This document shows positions 1 to 11,721 of a stretch of DNA of 64,000 nt, in pieces. The DNA comes from Trichodelitschia bisporula (lineage: Eukaryota). A program made the position numbers and the translations under genes. How positions within the stretch are numbered: the first letter of the stretch is position 1; every line of letters starts with the position of its first letter. The DNA is taken from the NCBI GenBank assembly GCA_010356995.1, contig ML996687.1, positions 869,803 to 933,802 of the forward strand. Direction: 5' to 3'. The notes below the pieces were generated by a model. That model searched no databases, was not told where the DNA came from, and worked only from the letters and a program-made list of their open reading frames with translations.

Positions 1-783
1 AAGATCCTCATCTTCTACGATGCCGACAACACGGCCTACTACCTTGCCCAATGCCTCGATTTGATGCATGTCAAGCACCTCATTTATACGCGATCACTAT
101 CCCAGGAGCAGCGCTCCGTATACATCGTGAACTTCGAAGAAGATGATTCAATCCGCGTCCTCCTCATGGACATCCGCGCCGGCGCCTTGGGACTCAACGT
201 GAACAAAGCTTCGCGCGTCTTCTTCATCAATCCCGCCTGCCGTCCCGCCATCGAGGCTCAAGCCATCAAGCGCGCGCACCGCATCGGCCAGACCCGCCCT
301 GTGTTCGTCGAGACGCTCGTGCTGCGGGGTTCCGTGGAGGAAGCCATCTTCCATCGCAGCAAAGCCATGACTTCGGCCGAGCACCATTCGGCCAAAGAGC
401 TGACAGACGACAGTGGAATGGCTCAGGCAGTGCAGACGGCGACGCTGCTACCTTTTACGCACAAGGACGGGTCCCCCATGGCGCCATTGAAGGTGCCGCT
501 GCGGTTGTTCGGTCAGGCTGACGACGACAGTCTGGTCAACGAGGGACCGAAGAAGCGTGTGAAACGTGGGCTGGCCAAGCGACAGGAGAGGGCAGGAGAC
601 AGTGCTCTGGCCCTGTGTGACTCTGATAACGACGCGACGGAGCATGAGGACTGGTTGGGGTCTGGCAAGGCTTCGGATCTTGAGCAAGATGATTGCCTCA
701 TCCCGGAAGTTATGGAACCGGGCGACGAGCTGGGAACATCGACCTTCCGGCCGAATGGCGATATGTTTGGTTTGCGAGCTTAG
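1..783 (+). CDS. SNF2-family helicase, C-terminal HELICc part (5'-truncated by window edge)
   Basis: Frame open from base 1 (KILIFYD...); SNF2 motifs V/VI: LLMDIRAGALGLNVNKASRVFFINP and EAQAIKRAHRIGQTRPVFVETLV. Confidence 0.85.
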   Translation, partial: KILIFYDADNTAYYLAQCLDLMHVKHLIYTRSLSQEQRSVYIVNFEEDDSIRVLLMDIRAGALGLNVNKASRVFFINPACRPAIEAQAIKRAHRIGQTRPVFVETLVLRGSVEEAIFHRSKAMTSAEHHSAKELTDDSGMAQAVQTATLLPFTHKDGSPMAPLKVPLRLFGQADDDSLVNEGPKKRVKRGLAKRQERAGDSALALCDSDNDATEHEDWLGSGKASDLEQDDCLIPEVMEPGDELGTSTFRPNGDMFGLRA

Positions 784-1163
784 TCAAGGCGTGCGCGGAA
801 AGTGTGGGGCTTGGGTTCTTCAATAACTAGTAGGGGAACGTCGGCATTTGGGGGATAGTTAAATTGAGTCGACCTCGAAGGCCGAGTAAGGCGAGTATAC
901 AATCCAACCAACCCCATGTGAGTGTATTCTCGGCGCCTTGTGCTCGATCAACCCACCTTCTACATGCCGCCAAAGCGACAGATATCGTTTCATCGTAACC
1001 CAGATCCGCAGTATCTCAATGGCGTATCCAAGCGCCAGAAGCCCACCCAACAGACAAGCAGCGCTCAAAAAGGTATTCACAAGAACCAAGGTGGATGGCA
1101 ATTCACGCCTTCTTTGACCACAACGCACATCAAAAGATCCATTCCATCGCTCATGCATACTCG

Positions 1164-2557
1164 TCAGCGCGCGTTCGCCGATGCACCCTCAGCCCGGACA
1201 GCCGGCGCCGCCGACGGCGGGCGCGAAACCGGCGACACGGCCGTAATCTCAATCGACGGCAGCGCCCCCAGAGGTGCTAGACGGGGAACGGTGGGCGTGG
1301 CCGGACTTTCGTAGGGCGGCGCCTCGCCCCAGCCGAGGTTATCATAGCGTGGGGGTTCCTCGGTGGGGATGACGACGGCAGGTGGGGAATCGTCGGCAGC
1401 ACCTGGAGGCGGCACAATGGATGGCGAGCGCGAGGTCGCCTCAAGGGAGATTACATCGTAATCGTCGTCCTCGTCAGGGGGCGCGGCGGTCGAGGCGGCG
1501 CTGAGCACCGACGAGCCAGAGCGGCCGCGGTGGTGTGTGGCCAAGCTGCCGGTGGTGCCTGCGCCTACACCGGCACCAGCGCGCATGCTGTCGCTGCTGA
1601 TGGACGCGGCTGAGTCGAGGAGCGGACGGTTGTCGGAGTCGGTGGAGTTGGCGCGGATGCGCGACCCATCGTGGCGCGCCACACCCAGAGCACCGTACTG
1701 CACGGCCGAAACGCGGCGATCCCGGCTAGCCGACCGGTGCTCAGCAATGAGCTGGGCGGAACGCGGCGGATCTTGTTCGAGGCGCCGGCGACTCTCGTCC
1801 TGGAGACGGCGAACGGTCTCAAGGTCCCCGCGAGCACGCGCCTCGCGGCGTAACCGCCGCCGCTCCTCACGCTCGGCCGCCTCCTCGCGACGCGCTCGAC
1901 GAATTTGGTAGAGAGATTCCATCTCTTCGTCTCGGCGTGCCTCCTCTTCGTGTGTTGACTCTGGGTATTCGAGGACGACATCAATGCCAGCACGTTCGCC
2001 CTCACGGCCCAGGATGAGTTCCGTCGGGCGTGCTGCCGGTGTGTATGCAGGTAGCGTCATAACACTTCTCACGGATGTATGGCGGTCGACGCCCTGTTCC
2101 GTTGCGTTGGCCTCGCGCTCTACATCTGGTCCACTGGCCCGGTCGGGGCTGGGCCCCCGACTATTGCGCTCGGTCGTACGCCGTCGTGTAGGAGAGGACT
2201 CTCCTGGCTCCAATTGTGCAGTGTATTCGCCGCGAGACGGCTTCGACGACCAGAAACGCAGGCGTTTAGTCAGGCTAACGCCCGGTTGAGGTTTCCGCAC
2301 CGAGCGACGATTGCGATGCGAGGCCCGGAGTAGTGCGAAGGCTATTATGCCCAGGAAGAGTACAATGACTACTATGACAACACCCTGTGGGCATTAGCAT
2401 CGTTGGAGTGTGGCTCGAGATCGAGGCGTAAGCATACAATCACAATCTTGTTGGGACCGGTGCCTGATTCATCTGTAGCCGGCTGATTGTCCTGCCTTCG
2501 TATACGATATATCTCGCTGCTTCGAGCAGCGAGCAGGACTCTCGATGGGAGTATCAT
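1164..2557 (-). CDS. Hypothetical single-pass membrane protein with Arg/Glu-rich coiled coil; intron 2385-2437
   Basis: Exon 1 MILPSR...NKIVI joins across GTATGC..GCTAAT..CAG in frame to GVVIVVIVLFLGIIAFALL (TM helix) and the 378-aa ORF; contains SVRSVMTLPAY and PPxY motifs. Confidence 0.75.
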
Positions 2558-3448
2558 GGCGAACGGTGGTGTTTGGATTCACCGATAGGTTTTGGTGGGT
2601 TGGTGGGAGGCCTATTCAGGCAGAGCCTCCTACAACATCGAAGCGGACATGTAGGTGAGAGGAACAGTGGAAAGGAACAAGAAGAAGGGAGATGAGGCGG
2701 AGGATGTGGAGGAAGAAAGTCGGGAAGAGGAAGAGGCGAGGGAACCTTAGGTGAGGTGTGAGATGAGAAGAAGTGAGCGCTAGAGGCGGGGGAGAGGTTT
2801 CTTTGGTAATGTTGATGGTTCGAATCCAACCCTCTTTGGGGGTGGAGGGGGGGGGGATGCACTACCGTAGGTGAATGAGGTGAGAAAGCCGGGGTAGGAG
2901 GGGAAGGGGGGGGGGTGGTGTGTCCTTAGTCCTCTCTGCTTCTCTCCTCTCTTGAGGGTGGCGGCTGTGCCTTTTGGGGGTTGCTTTGCAAGGTGCCTGG
3001 GATACCTATTTTAGGACCAATCACCAGCCCCGTCGAGACAGAAAGCCACACACACATACGTGGCTGTGCACAAACTGCGTCTGCCTTGGTCTACTAGTTA
3101 GCGAGGGAGACGCAAGTGAACTCGTCAGCGGCGGAGGAATACGGGTACTGCAGAGGCAGAGAAGCAGATAGATAGAGAGGTAGAGAGGTAGAGAGGCAAA
3201 AAGGCTCGAGAAGGCAAAGGCTCCCTTGGACTGGAAAACACGGCTATCACTTGTGGCGCAGCAAACCCCCCCAACATCGGCTGTCGCTTGGGCCGTCTGC
3301 TGCAGCAAATCGGTAGATGGCGGGTAGAGCACATAATGCGCAAAATGATCATCGCACGTTTGCTGGGTATCTTGTCTATCCAACTCGTTAACCCCAAAAA
3401 CCGAACAAAAACCCCAAACTCCATCATTGACACTCCTCCCCGAAACTC

Positions 3449-4514
3449 TCATCTCAGGCTGGCTCGCAAGTTGGGCCCGCTTCCCGAGACCGTGGTCGTG
3501 TACATGGCTCTCCCGCCTTTATAGTTTCCGTGGAAGGCTAGATGCAGGCCATCTGCAGCTATGCTCGCACCCCCAGGGGCTTCGAGGTTGAAGTTCCCAG
3601 TCACGAACATGGGCCCGAATTTGACGTACGGACCGGTGATTCGTGACGCTGAAGCCCACGTCACGTCGTAGAGCGTGCTCGTGAAGCAATTGGAGCTGTA
3701 GAAGAGGATGTATGTGCCATCCTGCGTCCGCATCAGGCTAGGAGCTTCAACGAGTGGTCCGTCGCGGTTATCGCGGTCGATCAACTGCACCGGTTTTCCC
3801 ATTGCCGTAACCCCATCGGCTTCCACCTCAACTAGCATAATGGGCGTGCTCCTCTGTGGAGCAATGCCATTCTTGCATATACCTCCTGAGCCGATGGAGT
3901 TCCCGTCGACCTTGTACAGGAGATACCGTTTGCCGTCCGCATCCTTGAATCCAGACGCGTCGATGGCCCCGCCAGCGCCGGGAGATGCAATCATTGCATC
4001 CATGCCCTTGCCGGTACCGTCGGGATCTGGGCATACGAGCGGTCGTGTCATGGAGATGAAGGGGCCTTCGGGAGTGCTGGAGGTGGCTGCTCCGACGCAA
4101 TGCTGGCCGGGAAACTTGGCGAGAGCGGCGCTGAAGTAGAGCAGAAACGACCCATCGTCCTTGGGACTAGTCAGCCTCGCATGTAACGGAGTGGGGATGA
4201 AATCCTACCCTCTGGCTCACGTCCGGCGCCCATACCTGCGGGCTTGCTGGATTGGCCCACGCTGGCAGATTCGGCATGGCATCTTTCTTGATCACGGTCC
4301 ACGAGCTGAAGTCGGTCGAGTTGGCAACTTGGACGTTGTACCGGCCATTTGTGGTCGCATACGCGTACCACTTGCGCTGTGTGTTGAGGATGGAAGGATC
4401 GGCAAAGTCCTGCGAGATTACAGGTGTAGCTTGCGCTTGACGCTTCGCGGGTGCGCAAAGGGTTGTTGAAAGATGGAGAGTAAGAATGAAGAAGAAAAGT
4501 GAGGAAGTGAGCAT
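3449..4514 (-). CDS. Secreted glycoside hydrolase family 43 (arabinanase/xylosidase-like); intron 4160-4208
   Basis: Signal peptide; GH43 motifs DFADPSI, WAPDV, GAIDAS, LVEAPS; intron joins ORFs 4167-4514 and 3449-4051. Confidence 0.92.
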
Positions 4515-5892
4515 GACTAGAAATGACCAGTGGGAAATCCGATGTCAACCACGCGGCCAGGTCACCAGACGCTACACCGGAAAGTTGAAATCCGATAAGC
4601 TAGCACACCCAAACTGGCTGAGAATGGAAGGTTGTAGGTTAGAGGATGCATGTAGAGAAACTCGGGCCGGATGCTAAGAGAAGAGAAAGTGTGCCGGCAT
4701 GAGAGACAGAGAGAGGAGACAACAAAAATTCTGGAGGTTTTCGGGAGGGAGAGACCAGCTCGGCTAGCACAAACACAACAGCTGGACCCCTCTGATAATG
4801 AATGCAACCTGCTCCCACAGCAGACCGACTACCTACCGAGTAAAAGCTGCTATCAACTGGGGGACAAGGGTCCTATGGAGGGGAAGTTTGGGACGCCATG
4901 AGAGTCCGAGCCACATATCATACGTTGTAGCCGTGCCGTTACGCGCCCCGCAGCCCTGGGACGAAGCGGGGAGGGCAGTGGGGAAGCACAAAAAAGCTTC
5001 ATTGTCAGCCTTGCTTCCCAATGCGGGGGGGTTGTTTTGGAGTGGGGACTCATCCTCCGAATCATCTCCAAACGTCCAAACACCCAAACGCCCACAGACC
5101 ACCGAGGAATTGCTTGCATGCCAGCGAGGACATGATGGGGCGGGCTGGTGGAGTTTGAAACATTAGAGAGAGTAGTGAGTGGGCCTTCTGTGGCCATGGC
5201 AGGCCTGCACGTGCAATATCAGCAAATCAACAAGCGTAGGTGCAGAGTAAGAGACGGGCTGGCTATAACGTGGTTTTACAGAGATCACACATGTTTCGGG
5301 CGTGGGGGTTCTGGCCAACTCAAGACAAAACCGCATATTCATTATGGTTATGCGACACGCCCTCCGCGCGTGGGAGGAGGGCTGGTTCTAAGGCTGGGAG
5401 AAGGGAGTGAGGAAGCCCCTATTTGGTACCCGTATAGTTGACGGGATGAGTATTTCTGACTTGTCCATTCTCTCCGCTGTTACAGAGATGAGAAGTTATA
5501 TCGGAGCGGAGGTGAGCGGTTGGCCGACATGGAAGAAATTGAAGGTTGAAGCAAAGGACCAGAGATGTTGTTGAGTTTGGGTCCCGGGGCGTCATGTCCA
5601 AACGGTCTGGACGAAACGGCGGAAGCATTGGCGGGCCGAGACCCCAACACATTATTGGGGGGAAGGGGGGGGGGCTTAACGCTCCAGGCCCTACACTCCG
5701 ACTGAACAGCGCACCATTTACGAGCCCAAGGAATATGATAAAGTTGCGAACTGCAAAGTATTGGGGACTGGGTCGCATCGGAGGGGAGCGAAAATATTGG
5801 GGCATTGGGGGAACATTGGAGCCAGCAAAACCACAGAGACACGCTCTACGGAGACGTCCAATGCGCCAGTGGGCCATTTCTTTGGCCTAGAA

Positions 5893-5960
5893 ACTCTCTC
5901 TCCATCAGCCATCCCTACTCGACACTCTCTCTCCATCAGCCATTCCTACTCGACACTCTC
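5893..5960. repeat. 31-bp tandem duplication (about 2.2 copies) spanning the FMN1 stop codon
   Basis: actctctctccatcagccat(c/t)cctactcgac at 5893-5923 and 5924-5954. Confidence 0.9.
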
Positions 5961-6651
5961 ACGTCCCGGGAACACAAGCAGTGACTCGTCCTTCTTCCAC
6001 TTCTCATACGCCGGTCGCGCCAGGCTCTGTCTCGTTACATCAATATCGGTCCGAATGTCGTCGATAAGCGACTCCTTGGATACGTAGTCGTACTCTGGCC
6101 GAATGAAGCCGAGGATGAGGAGGTTGAGATGGCGCCCGTAGAAGTCCTGCGCAAACTCGTGCATAATGTGCACTTCCTGTCCACCGCCACGTCAGCCCAG
6201 TGCGCTTCCTGGGGGGAAGGGAGGAGAGGGTGGATGCGCACCACGCTCCGCACCGTGTTCTTATAGAATGGGTTCCATCCAATGCTCATGACCATGGGGT
6301 AGATGGTGCCACGCGCGTCGCCCTCGAGTTTGCCTTCGGCCTGCGGCGTCGATGCGGGCGGCGCTCCCTCAAGCCCGGCCCAGCCGTAGTAGACGCCGCT
6401 GTCGAGGTCTTCATGGCCGCCTACAGCAAGGCCCTCGAGCGGGATGTTGGCCGTTGGGATACCCAGCTGCGTGCTCGGTTAGATACGTGTGCGCTTTGCT
6501 GCCGCCGTTCCGGCATTCACGAGGAGAGTCACACCTCTCTGCTGCCCCGCCCGAATCCTTTGATGACGGGCCCGCCGAGCTTAACGGGGAAAGGCGGGGC
6601 TGGCCCCTCGTCCGGGCCAGCAACGGCGTCTCTTGCGCCAGAAGGGCGCAT
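5946..6651 (-). CDS. FMN1: Riboflavin kinase (2 introns)
   Basis: [13 protein letters not shown] | [32 protein letters not shown] motifs joined over GT-AG introns. Confidence 0.95.
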
Positions 6652-7122
6652 ATCGAAGTCGTTGGGTATGGACGTCGGGAGTGTGAAGAGCGAGCGTTGC
6701 GGAGCGGAGTGACTAGGCCGGAGTGATGGTGGGCACCAGCGGGGCGGCCCCGCGGATGAGTTTTGTACACTTCGGAACCAGGGAGCGTTTCGAGTTCTCT
6801 CCTCTCCGATACGAAGCTCAATTGCGAATTGCACCTTTTTCTTTTTCCAGAGTCGCACGATACTGTGGTGGATAAAGTCGCAAAGAGATATTCGCCTTCA
6901 GTAGAAAGTTATTCTCAGTGGAGAGATTATAATAGTATGTCGAACGGTGCAGCAGGGCGGCAGCAGCCACGGCGGGCCAGAATGTCCTTCCTTCAGTACC
7001 ACCATGCTTCCTATTGCTATACAGCGTATGCCGCCATCACATGCTGTTAAGCTGCTTTGATATAGGCTTATTCTCCTTTGCCAAAGCAAAAGTCGTTCCC
7101 TTCACTGTTGCAATTTCCATGC

Positions 7123-7770
7123 GGGTACTTTATAATCCACAGCCCATAAATGTTACATCAACACTCCTCCAAAAACTAGTCCTAAAGGGTAAAGTCTACT
7201 GGTCCCTGCGCTTATGGTTGCTCACGTGTAAGACGCCAAGACCCCATCAAAAACTTGCTGCAAACTTCAAATCGCGATGCACCCCTGCCACAAAATGATA
7301 TAAGATGAAGCCAAACTTATTTTGATTGCCTTAATGCACTGAGTATTTTGACACTTACCCCATTGTTACAGCATTGTTGGAGAAGAGTTATTGCGATATA
7401 AAGCTTTTGTGGCTTGATATGGCTTGATGTGCCTCGGGCGCGCCGGCGCCAAGACCCAACTAGAAAGCTATAAAATTTTAACTTGCGATAACTTCATTTG
7501 TAGCAACGTTATCACGACAAAGGCATACTAAAATACTCGTCGCGCCGAGGCGATCAAAATGAACCTAGAATTAGTTTTGTATTAGCTTGTGCTATGAGTG
7601 CATCGCGCCTTGAAGGTTTGCGGCAAGGTTTTAGTAGAGTCTTAGCATGAGTTAGATTTTTAGGGTGTGGAGCTAATGAGTCCTTGCAAGTAAAGTTTAC
7701 CCCTTTGGGAATAGTTTTCTGGAGGGCTGTAGATGTAACATTTATGGGCTGTGGATTTTTATAAGTACCC
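7123..7770. mobile_element. Non-autonomous fold-back element (Mutator-like MITE), copy A
   Basis: Ends GGGTACTT / AAGTACCC; perfect 26-bp inverted match 7134-7159 vs 7732-7757; imperfect arm symmetry continues to the centre (~7440); flanks tttccatgc (7114-7122) and cttccatgc (7771-7779) form a 9-bp TSD with 1 mismatch; AT-rich; no transposase ORF. Confidence 0.85.
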
Positions 7771-8026
7771 CTTCCATGCTTCATTCTGAGTAGCCCGTGC
7801 TACCTAGCCGTGCCAGCTTACTGTAAGCCATCGCGTCATGCCGCAAGACGCCTCAGCCGTTGGCTTTTATCCTAAAGTCAACCACATCCATCTCTCCTCC
7901 GGCCTCGAGATTAGCGACTAACGAGGGCGGTCTAAAAGGAAGCACGGAGATATGCTCATAGTTCAAGATGGGCGACGGTTGTGAGCTGCCTCGGTGAAAG
8001 TCTAGCGACAACAAGATAATGCCCAT

Positions 8027-9102
8027 CTAAGCCCACCGCTTTCCCGTGAGGCGCTCATAAGCCTCCGTATAGCCATTTCGCGTTCGAGCCACCACCTCAT
8101 CGGGCATCTTCACACCCTTCACGTCCTTCAAGCCGGCTTGCTTCAGCCAGTCTCGGAGAGGCTGCTTGTCCAGAGAGTCCTGGGCCCGGCCTACCTCATA
8201 CTTTGCTTGGTCCCAGAAGCGGCTGCTGTCGGGGGTCAATACCTCATCGATCAGTACCACTGAGGGCGGCGTGGTGGACTCGTCGAGCCCGAACTCAAAC
8301 TTTGTGTCTGCAATGATGATGCCTCGCCTAGCTGCGTGATCACGGCCAGCGATGTACAGTTGCAAGGAAAGATTCGAGATCTGGTTGGCGAAATCTTCAC
8401 CCACAATCTCCGCCGCTACGTCCAGTAAGTCGCCGGCAGAGCCTCAATGATTTGCGATCGGAACATACCTTTCTGAGGGCTGATGTTTTCATCATGGTCG
8501 CCCACCTCGGCCTTGGTGCTCGGGGTCCATATAGGCGTCTCAAGCTCCTGGCTTTCCCGCAAACCCTCGGGCATCTTTATGCCATGTACCGTTCCAGACT
8601 TTTTGTACTCACTCCAGGCGCTGCCCGTGATGTATCCCCGAACAATGGACTCGAGGGGTAAAACCTTTAGTCGGCGCACCTGCATGCTTCGACCTTGGAA
8701 GACCGGGGCGAGATCCGACTGTGCCAGCTTCTCGGGCAAGTCTAGGGTCAAGAAATGTGTTCGAAGCGATGGGACCTTTTGGCTGAGCACAGAAAACCAG
8801 TGCGCGGATAGCTGCGTGAGCAAGCCGCCTTTATCAGGAATTCCCTGGTCTAGTTAGACTACCTTGCTGAGTTTTGCACCGAGAATATCATCACATTATC
8901 TAAGATCTTTGACAATCAGCATTGACTCAACTGGAAGAGAAGGAAACTGACGTACAACATCAAAGGCACTAATACGGTCCGTCGCGACAAACAACAGCGT
9001 CTTGTCATCGATTTCATACAAGTCCCGAACTTTGCCGCTCGCGAGGAGCTTGTAAAGACCCTTCAAGTCGGGTTTGATGACGGCTCCCGTAGTGTTCGAC
9101 AT
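8027..9102 (-). CDS. ADE1: SAICAR synthetase; introns 8907-8955, 8845-8894, 8416-8468
   Basis: [59 protein letters not shown]. Confidence 0.97.
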
Positions 9103-9464
9103 TGCGGGCTGGTGGGGGGTCGGGAGATGGGAGAGCAGAGGAGAGGAAAATGATTTTCTGTCAATGAGGTGATTGGGTAGATGGTTAAGTAAATGTCGTG
9201 ACTCCTCAAAAGCTTGTGAATGTTCAGTCCTAAATCGCCCGAGTACGTCATTGGCTCCCGGCTTGTCGAAAGGTTTCCTGTCCCCACAGAAAATGGTAGT
9301 TCCAGTTGGCGTGATTTGCAACGATGGAAATGTTCATTCAAACAACGGTCAGCGAATAACTGTACAAGTCGCATATCAAAACCGTAGTTTATCGACAAAT
9401 TGGATACCGAAAGAAGTCCCCCCCCCACCTTCCTCCAGCCGTATCAACCTCTCACTCGGCCGCT

Positions 9465-10359
9465 ATGGACGAAGTGTTGCAATCTACGTTGCTGCAATCC
9501 ACGGTGCTGCAGTCGGAATGGTACCGCCATGTACCGCCAACGTGCAACAAGATGTCCATCTCAAACCTGAGGCTGAACGTGAAATGCGGACCGGACGCGT
9601 GGGGAAGAATGGGTCGGCTGCAGCCCGTTGTCATCTCCATCACCCTTCATTTTGGCCAACCCTTCATCTCGGCTGCAGATGGCGACGTGCTCGACAGCAG
9701 CACCGTCAACTACTCATCACTGACCAAGAATATCATTGTCGCCATTGAGCGTTTCGAGACCGTTGGTCACGATCTGGATCTTGCGCTGTTGGCAACCATT
9801 GTACAGACGGCCGCCCTCGAGACCAGCTCTCCACCGCCGTTTACCGCCACCGAAGTGGATATTCTATATCCAAAGGCCTCAAGAGCCGGCGAAGGTGTCG
9901 GCTACAGGGAGGGTCGCATCCTCGGCGAGGGTCATGGTCTGGCTTACTCAGTACTCTACTTCCAGGATATCCACGACCTTACAATTGTCGGCATAAACAA
10001 CCACGAGCAAAAGTTTGAGCAGCCGCTTGTCATCAACGTGTGGCTCGACGGTCTGATCTTGTCGAGTCCCATGAGTATCTCCGAGTTTGAGGAAGCCATT
10101 GTCTATGTATGTTTTGACCTTCTGTTGTCGACCTTCAGCCGCTCACTTCACCCAGGAGATCGAAAGTCACCTTGGAACCAAAACCTTGGAGAAACTAGCC
10201 ACACTCCTCTCCAAGAGACTGGCAGCGTCTTCGAAGGTACGCCAGCTTGGAGCTGCATCTAGCACTGCGATACTGGGCTTGAGAATCCGGAAGCCTTTGG
10301 CTGTTCCTCTGGCTGACGGGCCTGTGGTGGAGGTCTCTCACCCACTTTGTGAAGCCTAA
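9465..10359 (+). CDS. Stand-alone tandem dihydroneopterin aldolase (FolB-like) domain protein; intron 10107-10155
   Basis: GPDAWGR..QPV..STVNYS (domain 1) and IVGINNHEQKFEQPL..TLEKLA..IRKPLA (domain 2), as in the N-terminus of fungal Fol1. Confidence 0.75.
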
Positions 10360-10741
10360 AACTTCATATCACAGCATCATTTCCCCAGCCGTTCATGAAA
10401 ACAGCCTACGTCACGCTTTGGGCGGATTCCTCGCGCAGCGCAGGAGCTCTCGGAGTTGCATAGCGGTTACCTGAGACGATACATTAAATAGACTCAAGTA
10501 AACACACATGCGCCATACTCTACCTCAGCAACTCCATGCCATGCCCATTATTCGCGCTCGTAGCGACTGACAATCCGCGAGTGGATGCCAGAGAGTCGAG
10601 TCAGAGCATGCAACAATATGCATGTCCCGTGCCCACACGCTACATGAATATGGTACCTTCTGTGAGCTGTAGGGCGCTACCCCACGGTATCCGCTGTTCG
10701 ACATAGTAATGGTGAAACAAATGGCGAGGTTCGAAGTGCTC

Positions 10742-11383
10742 TCAGTCCTCGCCTTCACTCTCCTCCATGGCGCTGCCTTCATCATCCTCCATAGGGACAT
10801 CCTCGTCATCTTCCTCGTCGTCTCTCCTCCGCTTTGTACCGGCCTGAGATATAGGTACCTCTGTACGTCCCGCCGGCAAAGAGTTGAAGATAGACTGCTG
10901 TAGCTCGGTAGTCTGGACTGCAGCTGCAGCTGGGATCTTGAAGGTCCCGTCGAGCTTCGCAACAGTCTGAGACTTGCTGCGGGCGTATTGGACTTTCTGC
11001 AACAGTAACTCAGTAATTGGCAGCGTTTCGACGGACAAACTTACCATCTCCTTTCCAAAGAACTCAAATCCATTCAGGGCACGCATGGCCTGCGCCGCGC
11101 ACTGAACATCGCGGAATACTATGTGAGCCTGTCCACGCATCTTCATCGTTTTTAGGGCGATAATATCGAGGATAGGTCCGAACGTGCTGAAGAGCATATA
11201 GAGGTTGCGTCGCAGGTCTGGCTTCTTGAGACTGTCCGGCAGATTTTTGACGTAAAGACTGAATATAGGTGAGCATGCTACATAAAATCTAGAGGGCTGG
11301 AGGATTTCTTACGTCTGGTTCGGAGGCACCCCAAGGGAAGCTCCACGGGGAGGAGGGGCGCGTGTCGCCATGGCCGCGGACAT
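10742..11383 (-). CDS. U1A / U2B''-type snRNP RRM protein (2 introns)
   Basis: PPNQT|LYVKNL, LYMLFSTFGPILDIIALKTMKMRGQAHIVF, F(F)GKEM|KVQYARSKS. Confidence 0.92.
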
Positions 11384-11721
11384 CGCGTTTCGCAGGAGAA
11401 AGCAAATGTAAAGGCGACCTGAACGTGTAGATTGACGGCACGAGTAGGCCGAGGAGAGTATGAGGAGGTGGTGGCTTTGTTGTTGGCGGTGAAAACTGAT
11501 CGAGTTGATTTGACGTTGGCGATAGTGTAGTTGGCGCTGTATAGGTGGGAGGTCGAAAATGTCGCGGCGGCGGACAACACCAAGCCCTGCCCGCAACTCA
11601 CAAGTCGACGGACAACTCACGCTCGCTTTTATTACGCTCCGCACCCCCGCCCCCCACCACTCGCCCCGCGCTCAGGGCCAATTGATCTGCCAGCTGCTCC
11701 GAGATACCCTACAATGCTGCA

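Noticed and set aside
5640..5830. Repeated ATTGGGG motifs resembling a spaced repeat array
   Set aside because: Irregular spacing and too short; eukaryotic context, not CRISPR
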